From the NCBI GenBank assembly GCA_051745285.1, contig JBNJDX010000001.1, forward strand, positions 67,150-131,149: 64,000 bases of DNA, written 5' to 3'. Every line of letters starts with the position of its first letter. Position 1 is the first letter of the stretch. Shown in pieces: positions 28,758 to 38,559 of this stretch. Below the pieces are notes generated by a model. The model was given only the letters and a program-made list of their open reading frames with translations. It did not search any database and was not told where the DNA came from. The position numbers were made by a program, and so were the translations under genes. The stretch comes from Spirochaetota bacterium (GTDB taxonomy: Bacteria; Spirochaetota; Spirochaetia; CAKZLE01).

Positions 28758-30074
28758 TTAGGAGACAAGAGAAACCAGGGTCTTGACTGTCTCGTTGTAT
28801 GCTGCCACCTCTACTGCTAAAAGCATCTTCACAGGCGTATTCCCTGCGATTACTGCGGGGTAGATAGATTTTTTCCGCAGTGCTCCAACAACTTCTTCAA
28901 GCAACCGGGGTAACTCTGCAATTCCCTCTCCTACAATGCCAACTAATGCCAGCGGCTTAGACACATCACAGACATCGGCCTCCAATTCATTCACAATCTG
29001 TTCCTTGAGGCGCTGGGCGGTAGGCTCAGCCATCTCGGCAGCCAGGTAGAAAACCATCGCATCAAAGGCATCAACTACTACGTCAGCAGTAACGTTATGC
29101 TGCTGCAGAATGGACCTGAGTTTTCCGGGCACTTCCGGATAGCGATCCAGCATGAACTTTTCCATAACCAGTTTTCGATAGGGCTTCTTTCCGGAGACGC
29201 CTACGATCTGCTGCTTTGCAGCATCACGCTCGGGAGTAATCAGGGTTCCACTAGCCTGCGGATCATTGGTGTTTTTTATAGTGATGGGAACACCGGCCCT
29301 ACGAACCGGGGCAATAGCATCCTCATGAAATACATTGGCACCAATGGATGCCAGCTCTCTGATTTCCCGGTAGGTTATCTCAGCGACCGGCCCGGCCTCA
29401 TCTGCGATTCTCGGATCAGCCATATAGATACCGGACACATCGGTCCAGTTCTCATACATATCAGCGCCTACAGCTCTCGCAGCAATAGCACCTGTTATGT
29501 CTGACCCCCCGCGAGAAAACGTTTTTACAACCCCTTGCCGATTGGATCCAAAGAACCCTGGAATGACATACATGCGCTGTGGGTCACTCAGTTTTCCAGC
29601 AACCTGTTCGTAGGAGGAATCATCCACCCTCCCGTCATCAGTCAGTATGATTACATTCTCAGTATCAACAAACTCAGCACCCAGATATTCTGCAAACATG
29701 AGAGCATTCAGATACTCCCCTCGACTGGCTGCAAAATCAGGAGTCTTCTCCTTTGGCAGGCGGCTATAGACCGTATCAAGTTCCTGCTCAATTCGGCTGC
29801 CGACTCCCAGAGCTTCGGCGATATCTAAAAAGCGTTTTTTGATAATAGCGAAGGTGTCTTCATAATCCCCGCCCCGAGAGGCAAGCTCATGACATCGATA
29901 GAGAAGATCGGTAATTTTTGTGTCTTCTGGATGCTCCTTTCCCGGCGCCGAGACAATTACTACCTTTCTTCTTTCGTCAGAAAGGACAATATCACGCACC
30001 TTCATTATCTGCCGAGCATTGGCAAGCGAGGTTCCGCCGAATTTACACACCCAAAGTTCATTCTCTCTCTTCAT
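28758..30074 (-). CDS. Aspartate kinase
   Basis: WVCKFGGTSLA gives the kinase N-terminus, and ACT-type regulatory domains sit at the C-terminus. The ORF is trimmed to MKRENEL after an AGGAG RBS. Confidence 0.9.
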   Translation of the reverse strand: MKRENELWVCKFGGTSLANARQIMKVRDIVLSDERRKVVIVSAPGKEHPEDTKITDLLYRCHELASRGGDYEDTFAIIKKRFLDIAEALGVGSRIEQELDTVYSRLPKEKTPDFAASRGEYLNALMFAEYLGAEFVDTENVIILTDDGRVDDSSYEQVAGKLSDPQRMYVIPGFFGSNRQGVVKTFSRGGSDITGAIAARAVGADMYENWTDVSGIYMADPRIADEAGPVAEITYREIRELASIGANVFHEDAIAPVRRAGVPITIKNTNDPQASGTLITPERDAAKQQIVGVSGKKPYRKLVMEKFMLDRYPEVPGKLRSILQQHNVTADVVVDAFDAMVFYLAAEMAEPTAQRLKEQIVNELEADVCDVSKPLALVGIVGEGIAELPRLLEEVVGALRKKSIYPAVIAGNTPVKMLLAVEVAAYNETVKTLVSLVS

Positions 30075-30241
30075 TGACTTAACTCCTATCATCTAAACTT
30101 GTTTGCTCTGTTAAAACATTGCCACGATACCGTTGTGTAAAGCGCAAGGATATCCTACAGGCAACTGCTTTTTCAACACCTGTATCGTCCAGTTGTGTAT
30201 AAAAGCACTTGCATGCACTCGTTAAAAGCCCATTACCTGAT

Positions 30242-31243
30242 TCAAAGGGATATGTGTGTGCCGGTATTATTGGTTTGAGCTAACTCATACGCCTTCAGAG
30301 CAATCATTGTGTCCTGCACCCCCACCCCCGTTAAATCGCAAACGGTAATCTGCTTTTCATCTGCTCTGCCGGAGTGTTTTCCTCGAATAATGTCTCCCAG
30401 CTCCAAAACAGGAGTATGCTCAGTGACCACCTTGCTGCTTATCGCCGAACGGAGTTCTCCCAGACGGAGACTCTGTGTCCTCAGATCGCAGGCTATAACA
30501 TCAATGGCACTGAAAACTTCCGGCTTGAGCTCCTGTTTTTCTTCTGTATCACTACCCATAGCTGTAATATGCAGGCCTGGGTGCAGCCAGTCAGCCTGCA
30601 GAAAGCCTTCGCGTGATGGTGTGGCAGTGATGACCACCGAGCAATTGGCAACCACCTCGTTTCCGCTTTCTGCCTGAACAACCTCAACACCAAGTTTTTG
30701 AGCTATTCTCTGGGCAAATGCTTCTTTCTTCTCCCGTGTACTCGTACTGAACAGGTACACCTTATCGAATGCACGCACAAGAGCGAGAGCTTCCAACTGA
30801 TACTCAGCCTGGACTCCACTGCCAAATACTCCGACGCACTCAACGTTTTTTGGCGCCAGGTATTTTGCAGCAACCGCACCAGCCGCTGCGGTTCGAACCT
30901 GAGTCAGGTACCCGTTGTCGAGCAGAACAGCTTGAAGAAAACCGGTTTCCGCGCTTAACACCAGCATCTGTCCGCTCTGAGAGGGAAGGCCCAGGTTGCT
31001 ATTGTTAAAAAACCCCGAGGCAATTTTTACCGCTAGACTCGGCAGTCCCTGAATATAGGCACTCTTTATGTCTACCTCGCCCCGCTGATCCGGGACAGGA
31101 ATCATCATGATTGGGGGAACTGCGGCCTTCCCGTCAGCCAAGAAAGCAAATCCCTGTTCAACAGCTTCCACCACCCCAAGATCTAACTTCACAAGTTTTT
31201 GAAGTTCCCTTTCTGTTAAAACCAAAACATTATTCGGTTTCAT
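30242..31243 (-). CDS. Ornithine cyclodeaminase/mu-crystallin family enzyme (EutC-like)
   Basis: OCD-family fold with the Rossmann motif VGVFGSGVQA. The start overlaps the 3' end of the upstream PLP-dehydratase gene by 14 nt. Confidence 0.7.
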   Translation of the reverse strand: MKPNNVLVLTERELQKLVKLDLGVVEAVEQGFAFLADGKAAVPPIMMIPVPDQRGEVDIKSAYIQGLPSLAVKIASGFFNNSNLGLPSQSGQMLVLSAETGFLQAVLLDNGYLTQVRTAAAGAVAAKYLAPKNVECVGVFGSGVQAEYQLEALALVRAFDKVYLFSTSTREKKEAFAQRIAQKLGVEVVQAESGNEVVANCSVVITATPSREGFLQADWLHPGLHITAMGSDTEEKQELKPEVFSAIDVIACDLRTQSLRLGELRSAISSKVVTEHTPVLELGDIIRGKHSGRADEKQITVCDLTGVGVQDTMIALKAYELAQTNNTGTHISL

Positions 31244-32234
31244 ACTTCTCACGCTCCTTTTCGGCCATGAGGGTCAGATACGCCCGTACATCAACATTTC
31301 GTCCGGTGAGCGGAACGACAATACTCCGGCCCTCTGTTTTTACGGCTCCGCTGCGCATTGCTGCCAAGGTTACAACGGCTGCTCCCTCTGCAACCAGTCC
31401 CTCGTGGGAAAGGAGATAGTACATACTCTCAAGAATTTCAGGCTCATCGACAACTACATGTTCATCGACGTATCTGCTTACCATATCCATAGTAAAACGA
31501 TTTTTACTCCCGATTCCGCCGAGCAGGGAATCTGCGAGTGTGTCCTGCTCATCGATGGTAACAGGTCGCCCTGCGCGCAAACTATCCAGCATCACAGTTG
31601 AGCAACGCACGGAAACACCAATCACACGTACAGAGGGCTTCAGAGCCTTTATGGCTGAGGCCATTCCTGCAAGAAGCCCTCCGCCGGAAAGCGGTACCAG
31701 AATGGTGTCAACCTCGGGCGCCTGGTGAAATATCTCCCAGGCAATCGTACCCTGTCCGGCAATGATCATCGGATCATCAAAGGGAACCACTGGAAGAAAA
31801 CCTGCGTCTTTTCGTAACTGTTCGTAGTGTTCTTGAGCCTCATCCTGCGAGTGGCCGCAAACTGCCAGTTCTGCCCCCAGCCGCTTTACAGCCTCCATCC
31901 GATACGCAGCTACATGCCGGGAGAGGCAGACGACAGCTTGGACCCCAAGCTGTCGGGCAACATAGGCTACAGCCAAACCATGATTACCGGTTGAAAAAGT
32001 GATTACCCCCTTCTTCCTCTCTTCCGGTGTCAGTGACACTAAGAGGTTTGCTGCACCCCGCACTTTAAACGAGCCGGTCGGCTGCAGTGTTTCCAGTTTC
32101 AGAGAAACACTGCGAGCATGCACCTCTTCAGTCAGCCCAACAAGCCGGTGCAGGGGCGTCCGGGGCAGCAGCGGCGCAATACGCACAGCTGCTGCACGCA
32201 CATCCTCTAAAGACGGCAAATCAGACCGATCCAT
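31230..32234 (-). CDS. PLP-dependent threonine-dehydratase-like enzyme (EutB-like)
   Basis: The PLP-lysine motif SFKVRGA and the GNHG and GGGL loops are present. There is no C-terminal ACT regulatory domain. Confidence 0.7.
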   Translation of the reverse strand: MDRSDLPSLEDVRAAAVRIAPLLPRTPLHRLVGLTEEVHARSVSLKLETLQPTGSFKVRGAANLLVSLTPEERKKGVITFSTGNHGLAVAYVARQLGVQAVVCLSRHVAAYRMEAVKRLGAELAVCGHSQDEAQEHYEQLRKDAGFLPVVPFDDPMIIAGQGTIAWEIFHQAPEVDTILVPLSGGGLLAGMASAIKALKPSVRVIGVSVRCSTVMLDSLRAGRPVTIDEQDTLADSLLGGIGSKNRFTMDMVSRYVDEHVVVDEPEILESMYYLLSHEGLVAEGAAVVTLAAMRSGAVKTEGRSIVVPLTGRNVDVRAYLTLMAEKEREKYETE

Positions 32235-32239
32235 GTCCT

Positions 32240-33415
32240 TTACTTGTTGTAAATAATATCGATGGGATACTCATACAGGGGGGCATATCCATCTTCGGTT
32301 ACATAGATGGAGGCATCAATTTCGAACCCAACGTCATCATACCAGATTCCCGGGATGAGATGCAAAGCCATATTTGGCTGAAGCACAGTCTTATCACCCG
32401 GGCGGAGACTTATCGTCTGTTCACCCCAGTCCGGTGGATAGTTTACCCCGATGGAGTATCCGAGGCGAGACTCCTTGACTACCGTTGAGTGACTGATAGC
32501 CTCTCTCCACTTTGCTTCAACCTGTTCTGCGGTAATTCCCGGTTTAATGAAATCGAGCGTTGCCGCTAATCCGTCAGAAACGACCTTCGCTGTATCAGTC
32601 ATCAGTTCGGGAGGGTTGTCCCCGAGAAAAATCGTCCGAGCGATTGGAGCATGGTAATGTTTGTATACGCCTGAGAGCTCCAGCAGTACAGCCTCATCAG
32701 CTTGAAAGGGTTTATCCGACCAGGTAAGGTGCGGCGTTTTGGTAGCCTCCCCTGCCATCATAAGCGGAACAATTGCGGGATAATCCCCCCCGTACTCACT
32801 AGTCCCAGCATACTGAGCCTCCACAATTTTGGAAGCTGCATCACATTCCCTGACGCCGGGTCTGATATGCGTGGCTGCCGCTTCCATAACTTTGAGAGTA
32901 ATCTGTCCGGCTCGGCGCATCATCTCCAGTTCAGCTTCTGATTTTATTACCCGTACCCAGTTCACCAGGATATTTGCATTCACAAATTCAGCGTTAGGGA
33001 GACTCTTCTCCAGTACTACATACGAGTAATGGGTGAAGTAGAACTGATCAGACTCTACACCGATGCGTTTTTTATCCCAGCCCTTTTGTTTTATGATGTC
33101 AGCGACAAATTCCATTGGATGTTTGACTAGCGAATGCACATAGTCATCAGCATATTGATAGATATTCTCATCTGAAAGAAACGAGGTAATACGGGCTCCG
33201 TTGGCATCCATCCCTCTTCCTATCCAGACGGGTTCTTCAGCATCTAGGGAGACAAGCACGCACTGGTGCACATAAAAACTCCAGCCGTCGTATCCAGTCA
33301 AATAATTGAGATTTGCCGGATGGCTGACAAGCAACACATCTATATGCTTGGATTGCATCAGTTCTTTAGTCTTCTGTATCCGCTGTTGATATTCCTCTTT
33401 TGTAAATACTGGCAT
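32240..33415 (-). CDS. M24-fold creatinase/prolidase-like hydrolase (EutD/DoeA-like candidate ectoine hydrolase)
   Basis: 391 aa with a creatinase-type N-domain and a pita-bread C-domain. The block LTGYDGWSFYVHQC matches what I recall for ectoine hydrolases. The stop lies 5 nt from the EutB-like start. Confidence 0.6.
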   Translation of the reverse strand: MPVFTKEEYQQRIQKTKELMQSKHIDVLLVSHPANLNYLTGYDGWSFYVHQCVLVSLDAEEPVWIGRGMDANGARITSFLSDENIYQYADDYVHSLVKHPMEFVADIIKQKGWDKKRIGVESDQFYFTHYSYVVLEKSLPNAEFVNANILVNWVRVIKSEAELEMMRRAGQITLKVMEAAATHIRPGVRECDAASKIVEAQYAGTSEYGGDYPAIVPLMMAGEATKTPHLTWSDKPFQADEAVLLELSGVYKHYHAPIARTIFLGDNPPELMTDTAKVVSDGLAATLDFIKPGITAEQVEAKWREAISHSTVVKESRLGYSIGVNYPPDWGEQTISLRPGDKTVLQPNMALHLIPGIWYDDVGFEIDASIYVTEDGYAPLYEYPIDIIYNK

Positions 33416-33434
33416 TCATTCCTCCTTGGACAAC

Positions 33435-34175
33435 TCACATGTTGCCTGTGTATCGGTGCTTTACAACCGCATTGTACACATAATTAATCATCGTTATATA
33501 ATCAAATACTGGCAGGCCCGTTGCCTCCTGGACAGCAGCCCCGTAGGGAGGCAGCAAACTGCACTCAAGCAGCAGAGCCCCCGGCTCTCGCTCTCTTTGG
33601 ATATCTAAAGCGGTCTGAACGGTACAGGCCTCTATCGCCTCACTGTCTAGCTCCCCCCGTTCCTCTACAACCGCTTCAGTGAAGGCTCCGCAGCTCTCCA
33701 ATCCTCGGATAGCCAACCGCCTTTGGGTAGCCCGATCAACTCCGGCGCCATCAAGAACTGAAGCATCTAGTGCAAGGCTGTTAGCGGTTATAACACCGAT
33801 CGGGCGGTTCGGACTTATTATCTGGCCGATAAAGCCCAACTGCATGAGACTGGAGAGGAACACTGGAATTTTGAGTTCTTCTGCCAGTTTTTTCTGATAG
33901 ATAGCAAGAAATCCACAGTCGCCGGTTACAGCGCGAACCCCTTCTCGCTTCAGCTGCATTGCCGCTTCTTTCACCTGCGTATACATAGTTTCATCATGTT
34001 CAAACAGATGCTTTGCCGTCAAATCAGGTATGCGTTGGAAACGCACCGGAAACGTGTAAGTCGAGGCATTAGCGGTATCACCGGGGATAAACGGGACAAA
34101 GTTTTCAATCAACAGTATCCCGATTGCCTCCCCGTAACTAACCTGTCCAGCATTAGCTGCATATCTCATCAGCAC
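33435..34175 (-). CDS. Asp/Glu/hydantoin racemase-superfamily protein (EutA-like)
   Basis: 246 aa. Two Cys-containing pseudo-symmetric half-site motifs are present (TGDCGF and LLECSLLPPY), as in racemase/arylmalonate decarboxylase-type enzymes. Confidence 0.5.
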   Translation of the reverse strand: MLMRYAANAGQVSYGEAIGILLIENFVPFIPGDTANASTYTFPVRFQRIPDLTAKHLFEHDETMYTQVKEAAMQLKREGVRAVTGDCGFLAIYQKKLAEELKIPVFLSSLMQLGFIGQIISPNRPIGVITANSLALDASVLDGAGVDRATQRRLAIRGLESCGAFTEAVVEERGELDSEAIEACTVQTALDIQREREPGALLLECSLLPPYGAAVQEATGLPVFDYITMINYVYNAVVKHRYTGNM

Positions 34176-34203
34176 ATTCCTTTAAGCTTCACTGCCTTAT
34201 GCT

Positions 34204-35481
34204 TTATATACCTGCAATCGATGGTAAAAAGGTTGCAATCTGCGGAAACATAATTAACAGGATTGTTGAGAACACCAGAATCAGGACAAACGGCGGGGTC
34301 TTCCTGATAACTTCCAGATACGGGCGCCTGAAAATGAGTTGCGCAGTGAATATGTCACACCCGAATGGCGGTGTTGCAGAACCGATGGCAGCCTGGAGAA
34401 CAATCAGCGTACCAAGAAATACGGGATCGATACCGGTCATTACGACGTACGGTTGAAAAATCGGACTCAGCACGTATATTGCCACAATTGGGTCTACAAA
34501 CATGCAGGCAATGAAGTATGATATGACAACCACGATAATCAGCGATAATTGTGTGGGGTCAGTACCGATAATGTTGGGCATTATCTCCTGAGGCAGCCGC
34601 AAAAAGCTGATTACCCAGGAAAACACCTGTCCAGCTCCTACAAGGATAAATACCACTCCGGTAACAACACCTGCATCGAGAATTGCCTTTACCAGATTCT
34701 GGCGCGTCAATGTTTTGTAGATAAGTCCCTCTAGAACCAGCGCATAGGCCACACCAGCTGCTGCAGCTTCAGTAGGGCTGAAGATACCTGCGTAGATACC
34801 ACCGACAACAATGATCGGGAAACCCAGCACAAGATAGCCGTCTTTCAGGGCTTGCCACCGCTCTTTCGGCGTACTTTTCTGCATGATCGCAATCTTTTTG
34901 ATCTTTGAGTAGAAAAATACAAAGATCGAAAACAGGGTAAAGATCAAAATACCAGGTCCAATACCTGCTAAAAAGAGTTTTCCAATTGAGGTGCTTGTTA
35001 CAACTCCGTAGACAATAAAACCGATACTCGGCGGTATAAGCAGGGCGATATCACTGGCATTGATAATTAAACCAAGAGTAAATGAGCTTGAGTATCCGGC
35101 CTTCAACAGCATCGGCCGCATCGTTCCACCAATTGCTGATACGGTTGCCTGGGTCGAACCTGAGACAGCACCAAACAAGGTACAACTTGCATTCGTCGTA
35201 ATGGCAAGTCCTCCAGGGATATGACCGACATACACGCGGATCATTTCCACCAGTTTTGCGGCCGCCCTTCCGGAAGTCATGATGTTGGCTGCCAGAATAA
35301 ACATCGGCACACACACAAGCGCTGGAGCGCTAAACCCATTAATCACCTGTTGAATGACTACCTGCAAATCCATCAGCGGCATTTCTAAACCGAAGAACAT
35401 CAGCAGCGGTCCGAGTATCACAACCATAAAGGGGAACCCAAGCAGCAGCATCAGCACCATTGAAATCCACATAACGTTCAT
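34204..35481 (-). CDS. TRAP transporter large permease (DctM family)
   Basis: About 425-aa polytopic protein. The ATG lies 1 nt after the DctQ stop. Confidence 0.9.
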   Translation of the reverse strand: MNVMWISMVLMLLLGFPFMVVILGPLLMFFGLEMPLMDLQVVIQQVINGFSAPALVCVPMFILAANIMTSGRAAAKLVEMIRVYVGHIPGGLAITTNASCTLFGAVSGSTQATVSAIGGTMRPMLLKAGYSSSFTLGLIINASDIALLIPPSIGFIVYGVVTSTSIGKLFLAGIGPGILIFTLFSIFVFFYSKIKKIAIMQKSTPKERWQALKDGYLVLGFPIIVVGGIYAGIFSPTEAAAAGVAYALVLEGLIYKTLTRQNLVKAILDAGVVTGVVFILVGAGQVFSWVISFLRLPQEIMPNIIGTDPTQLSLIIVVVISYFIACMFVDPIVAIYVLSPIFQPYVVMTGIDPVFLGTLIVLQAAIGSATPPFGCDIFTAQLIFRRPYLEVIRKTPPFVLILVFSTILLIMFPQIATFLPSIAGI

Positions 35482-35482
35482 A

Positions 35483-36118
35483 CTACTTTTCCCCCTCTGT
35501 CTTGATTTCAACTCTCTCAAGCATCTTTATTGCATCAGCAGTCATGGTAGCCTCGTCCTCATACTCGCTCTGCTGTTCGGGAGAGAGCCACACATCCTTT
35601 TCGGCAATATTTTTGAAAAATGTCCTGATATACTGGAACCCGGCCATAAAAAATCCTACCGGAGCGACGATGAGAAAATACCAATACGGCATATTGAGAG
35701 ACGGTGTTCTCTGCCCGCTTATTTGCGTTGCCATCATATAGCGCCAGGAATGATATGCTAAGATCATGAGCACCACGGCACTGACGGCTGAAATAATCAT
35801 AACCATTATTTTCTCAAGTTTGGGTGGAAACGCCTCCAATATGGCCCCCATGCGAATATGTCTTGCTCTTCTCGCAGCATAGCTTGTGCCAATAAAAGTG
35901 ATAAGCATAACAAAGAAGGATGCTACTTCTTCTGAAAAATAGAGGCTGCGGTAGAATGTACGCGCTATAACGTTGGCAATCAGGAGTACAGCCAACATGG
36001 CAGTCGACCCGGTAATAATTCCTACTTCAATCCGGTCGACAGCTTTCGTAAATATGTCCCATGCACGTTGCAAGAATCCAACTATCCCGGGCTTGAAATC
36101 CTTCTTTTGTTCATTCAT
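35483..36118 (-). CDS. TRAP transporter small permease (DctQ family)
   Basis: 211 aa with four predicted TM helices, positioned between the SBP and DctM genes. Confidence 0.8.
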   Translation of the reverse strand: MNEQKKDFKPGIVGFLQRAWDIFTKAVDRIEVGIITGSTAMLAVLLIANVIARTFYRSLYFSEEVASFFVMLITFIGTSYAARRARHIRMGAILEAFPPKLEKIMVMIISAVSAVVLMILAYHSWRYMMATQISGQRTPSLNMPYWYFLIVAPVGFFMAGFQYIRTFFKNIAEKDVWLSPEQQSEYEDEATMTADAIKMLERVEIKTEGEK

Positions 36119-36139
36119 AGATTTTGCCTTTTCAAGTCA

Positions 36140-36166
36140 GGGTCCGGGAGATCTACCCCCGGACCC
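36140..36166 (-). other. Intercistronic stem-loop after the TRAP substrate-binding gene
   Basis: GGGTCCGGG / CCCGGACCC forms a perfect 9-bp GC-rich stem with a 9-nt loop, in the 65-bp gap between the dctP-like and dctQ-like genes. No U-tract follows it. The position fits an mRNA-stabilising or attenuating element that would raise SBP stoichiometry. Confidence 0.4.
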
Positions 36167-36183
36167 CGTCTATTTGTGCTTTA

Positions 36184-37263
36184 TTACATGCCTAGGGCAT
36201 CTTTTGCATTTTCGATGTCATTAAGGAGAGCTTCTAGCATCTTAGCTGCATCGTCTCCTCCGGTTTCAGGAAACCTCGGATACACTTCCTCTTCGGCTTT
36301 CTCTCGGAGCTCTGCAACCTGATCCTCGTTGAACTCTACAAACTTGATTTCAGGACGCTCTTCCTCGATTTTTGCACGATCACTCGAGTTTCTCTCATTA
36401 ATCCACTGAGCCGACTCTACTGAAACGTCTACCCAGTAGTCGCGCATGAGCTGCTGCTGTTCGTCAGAGAGTGATTCAAAGAACTGCATATTCACAGAGG
36501 GAATACCCAAAAAGGGCTCAGCCCAAAGTTGTGCAAAGTGGTCAGCCACTTCATAGAAGCCCATACTGTAGTTGGCGAACATCGGTTGAATCTGAGCATC
36601 AATTAGGCCGGTCTGGAGACCACTGTAAATCTCTCCATAAGCCAGCGTGGTCGGGTCCATATCATAAGCACGATAATCCATGCTCAACTGTTTTGAACCC
36701 ATGATTCTTGTTTTCAGTCCTTTCAGATCGTCCGGGCCATTGATAGGTTCTTTAGAAGTAATCCACTGCCAGCCTTCATACAGGATGCCCAGCGGGACAA
36801 GACCGTTTTGACGGAATTTTTCTTCTAGCATAGGCATGTAGTCGCCGTTACGTACAACCCACTCAAGAACTTCAGCGATGTTTTCACGCGGCCATACATA
36901 GTGCAGAGCCAGAGCGTTCGCCTGGGATACAAAAGCACTTATCCATGCGTAGTCAGAAAATACAAACTCAACAACACCAAGCTGTGCGAGTTCGTTGATA
37001 TCCCGGTTTCCCCCCAACGTTCCGTAGGGATATACGGTAATATCAATTCCGCCATCCGTTTCTTCCCGCATGTAGTCGGCAAAGTTGTTTGCCCAGACGG
37101 TCATAAAATCACCCTCAACCTCTTCGGAAACAAGCCGGGCTTCGATAACCTCACCGTCTGTTGACTCCTCCTCACCAGCGTCCTGCTGTCCTTGAGCGAA
37201 GAGTGCCGTAGTTGATACTAACAGTATTAGTACCAGAACTATTAGCTTCATAGTCTTTTTCAT
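36184..37263 (-). CDS. TRAP transporter substrate-binding protein (DctP family; TeaA/UehA-like candidate)
   Basis: A signal peptide (MKKTMKLIVLVLILLVSTTALFA) precedes a DctP-type periplasmic domain. Confidence 0.85.
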   Translation of the reverse strand: MKKTMKLIVLVLILLVSTTALFAQGQQDAGEEESTDGEVIEARLVSEEVEGDFMTVWANNFADYMREETDGGIDITVYPYGTLGGNRDINELAQLGVVEFVFSDYAWISAFVSQANALALHYVWPRENIAEVLEWVVRNGDYMPMLEEKFRQNGLVPLGILYEGWQWITSKEPINGPDDLKGLKTRIMGSKQLSMDYRAYDMDPTTLAYGEIYSGLQTGLIDAQIQPMFANYSMGFYEVADHFAQLWAEPFLGIPSVNMQFFESLSDEQQQLMRDYWVDVSVESAQWINERNSSDRAKIEEERPEIKFVEFNEDQVAELREKAEEEVYPRFPETGGDDAAKMLEALLNDIENAKDALGM

Positions 37264-37353
37264 AAACTCCTCCTATTAAAGTTATAAAAAATAATTGTCT
37301 CTTTATCGCGTTACCAAGATCGTATCGAATTCACCTCCTTACTTGTTGTGCGA

Positions 37354-38556
37354 TTACGCCTTTCGCTGAGAACCCGATGGATTTTCAGTAAAGTAACGCA
37401 TGGCGCCTCGAACGAGAAACTCCACTCCTGTGGGGAGTGTCTGTTCATCAATGGTAAATTGTGCGTTATGATGCGGGTAGGTGCTTGCTGTCTTCTCGTT
37501 TGCAGTTCCGATGAATGCAAACACTGCGGGAACAGCTTCCCCAAAGGCGGCAAAGTCCTCACATGCCATTGAGGCATGTTCTAGCACATTCTGCCTGCCT
37601 ACTACCTCTCCTGCGGCCTTGTGTGCAAGAGCTGTCATGGTGCTGTCGTTGACCACAGCATCATTTTCATGACTGATATCAAAGCTGCAGGTGCACCCAT
37701 ACAGGGTGCAGACATCCGTAACCAGCTGTGTAAACTTATTGGTGGGGTTATCATCATCTCCAGGCTTGGTTGCATACAGATACCGGATGGTCCCCTCCAG
37801 GACGACAGAATCCGGTATAATATTATTCTTACTTCCCCCGTTAATCTTACCGAACATCAATGCAATTGGCTTCATGGGGCTGACCAATCTGGTCTGGATT
37901 ACCTGAGCCTGCTGAATGACAGCTGCGGCGGCGATGACAGGATCAACCGCACTCTCAGGATATCCGGTGTGCCCGCCCCGTCCGCTGATAGTAACCTTAA
38001 ACACATCCATTGAAGCGGTCACTGCGCCGGATTTCACCCCAATGGTACCGCTTGGAAGTGGGGACCAGATATGAAGTCCCATAGCTGCACTGACTGCGGG
38101 ATTCTCAAGGACTCCGTCATCTATCATCACCTGAGCGCCGGCAACTTCCTCATTTGGCTGGAAAACAAACTTGATATACCCGTCAAACGAGTCTCGCATA
38201 CCGGTGAGCACTTTAGCAGCGATTAGCATCATCGCCATGTGGGCATCGTGCCCGCAGGCGTGCATCACTCCTTTGTGCTCAGATGCAAAGGGCAAACCGG
38301 TCTGCTCCTCGATTGGCAGCCCATCCATATCTGCACGCATGAGCAGCACCGGTCCGTTATCTGTGCGACCTTTCAGCACAGCAGTCACCCCCGTCTCTGA
38401 AACCCGCTTTGTAACGAGTCCCAGGTTCTGGAGGTACTGTTCTACCTTCTCTGCCGATCGGTACTCCTGAAACCCAAGTTCAGGAGATCTGTGGAAATCT
38501 CTCCGCAAAGCTATAAGTTCGTCGGTATACGCACCAACTGCTTTTTGGAAATCCAT
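37354..38556 (-). CDS. M20/M40-family amidohydrolase (N-acyl-amino-acid deacylase type)
   Basis: 400 aa with M20D features (MHACGHDAH and the dimerisation-lid region). The start lies 3 nt after the asd stop. Confidence 0.85.
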   Translation of the reverse strand: MDFQKAVGAYTDELIALRRDFHRSPELGFQEYRSAEKVEQYLQNLGLVTKRVSETGVTAVLKGRTDNGPVLLMRADMDGLPIEEQTGLPFASEHKGVMHACGHDAHMAMMLIAAKVLTGMRDSFDGYIKFVFQPNEEVAGAQVMIDDGVLENPAVSAAMGLHIWSPLPSGTIGVKSGAVTASMDVFKVTISGRGGHTGYPESAVDPVIAAAAVIQQAQVIQTRLVSPMKPIALMFGKINGGSKNNIIPDSVVLEGTIRYLYATKPGDDDNPTNKFTQLVTDVCTLYGCTCSFDISHENDAVVNDSTMTALAHKAAGEVVGRQNVLEHASMACEDFAAFGEAVPAVFAFIGTANEKTASTYPHHNAQFTIDEQTLPTGVEFLVRGAMRYFTENPSGSQRKA

Positions 38557-38559
38557 TGG

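Noticed and set aside
30093-30241. Possible lysine (L-box) riboswitch upstream of aspartate kinase
   Set aside because: The 149-bp leader is too short, and I could not find the conserved L-box helices or core nucleotides on the minus strand.
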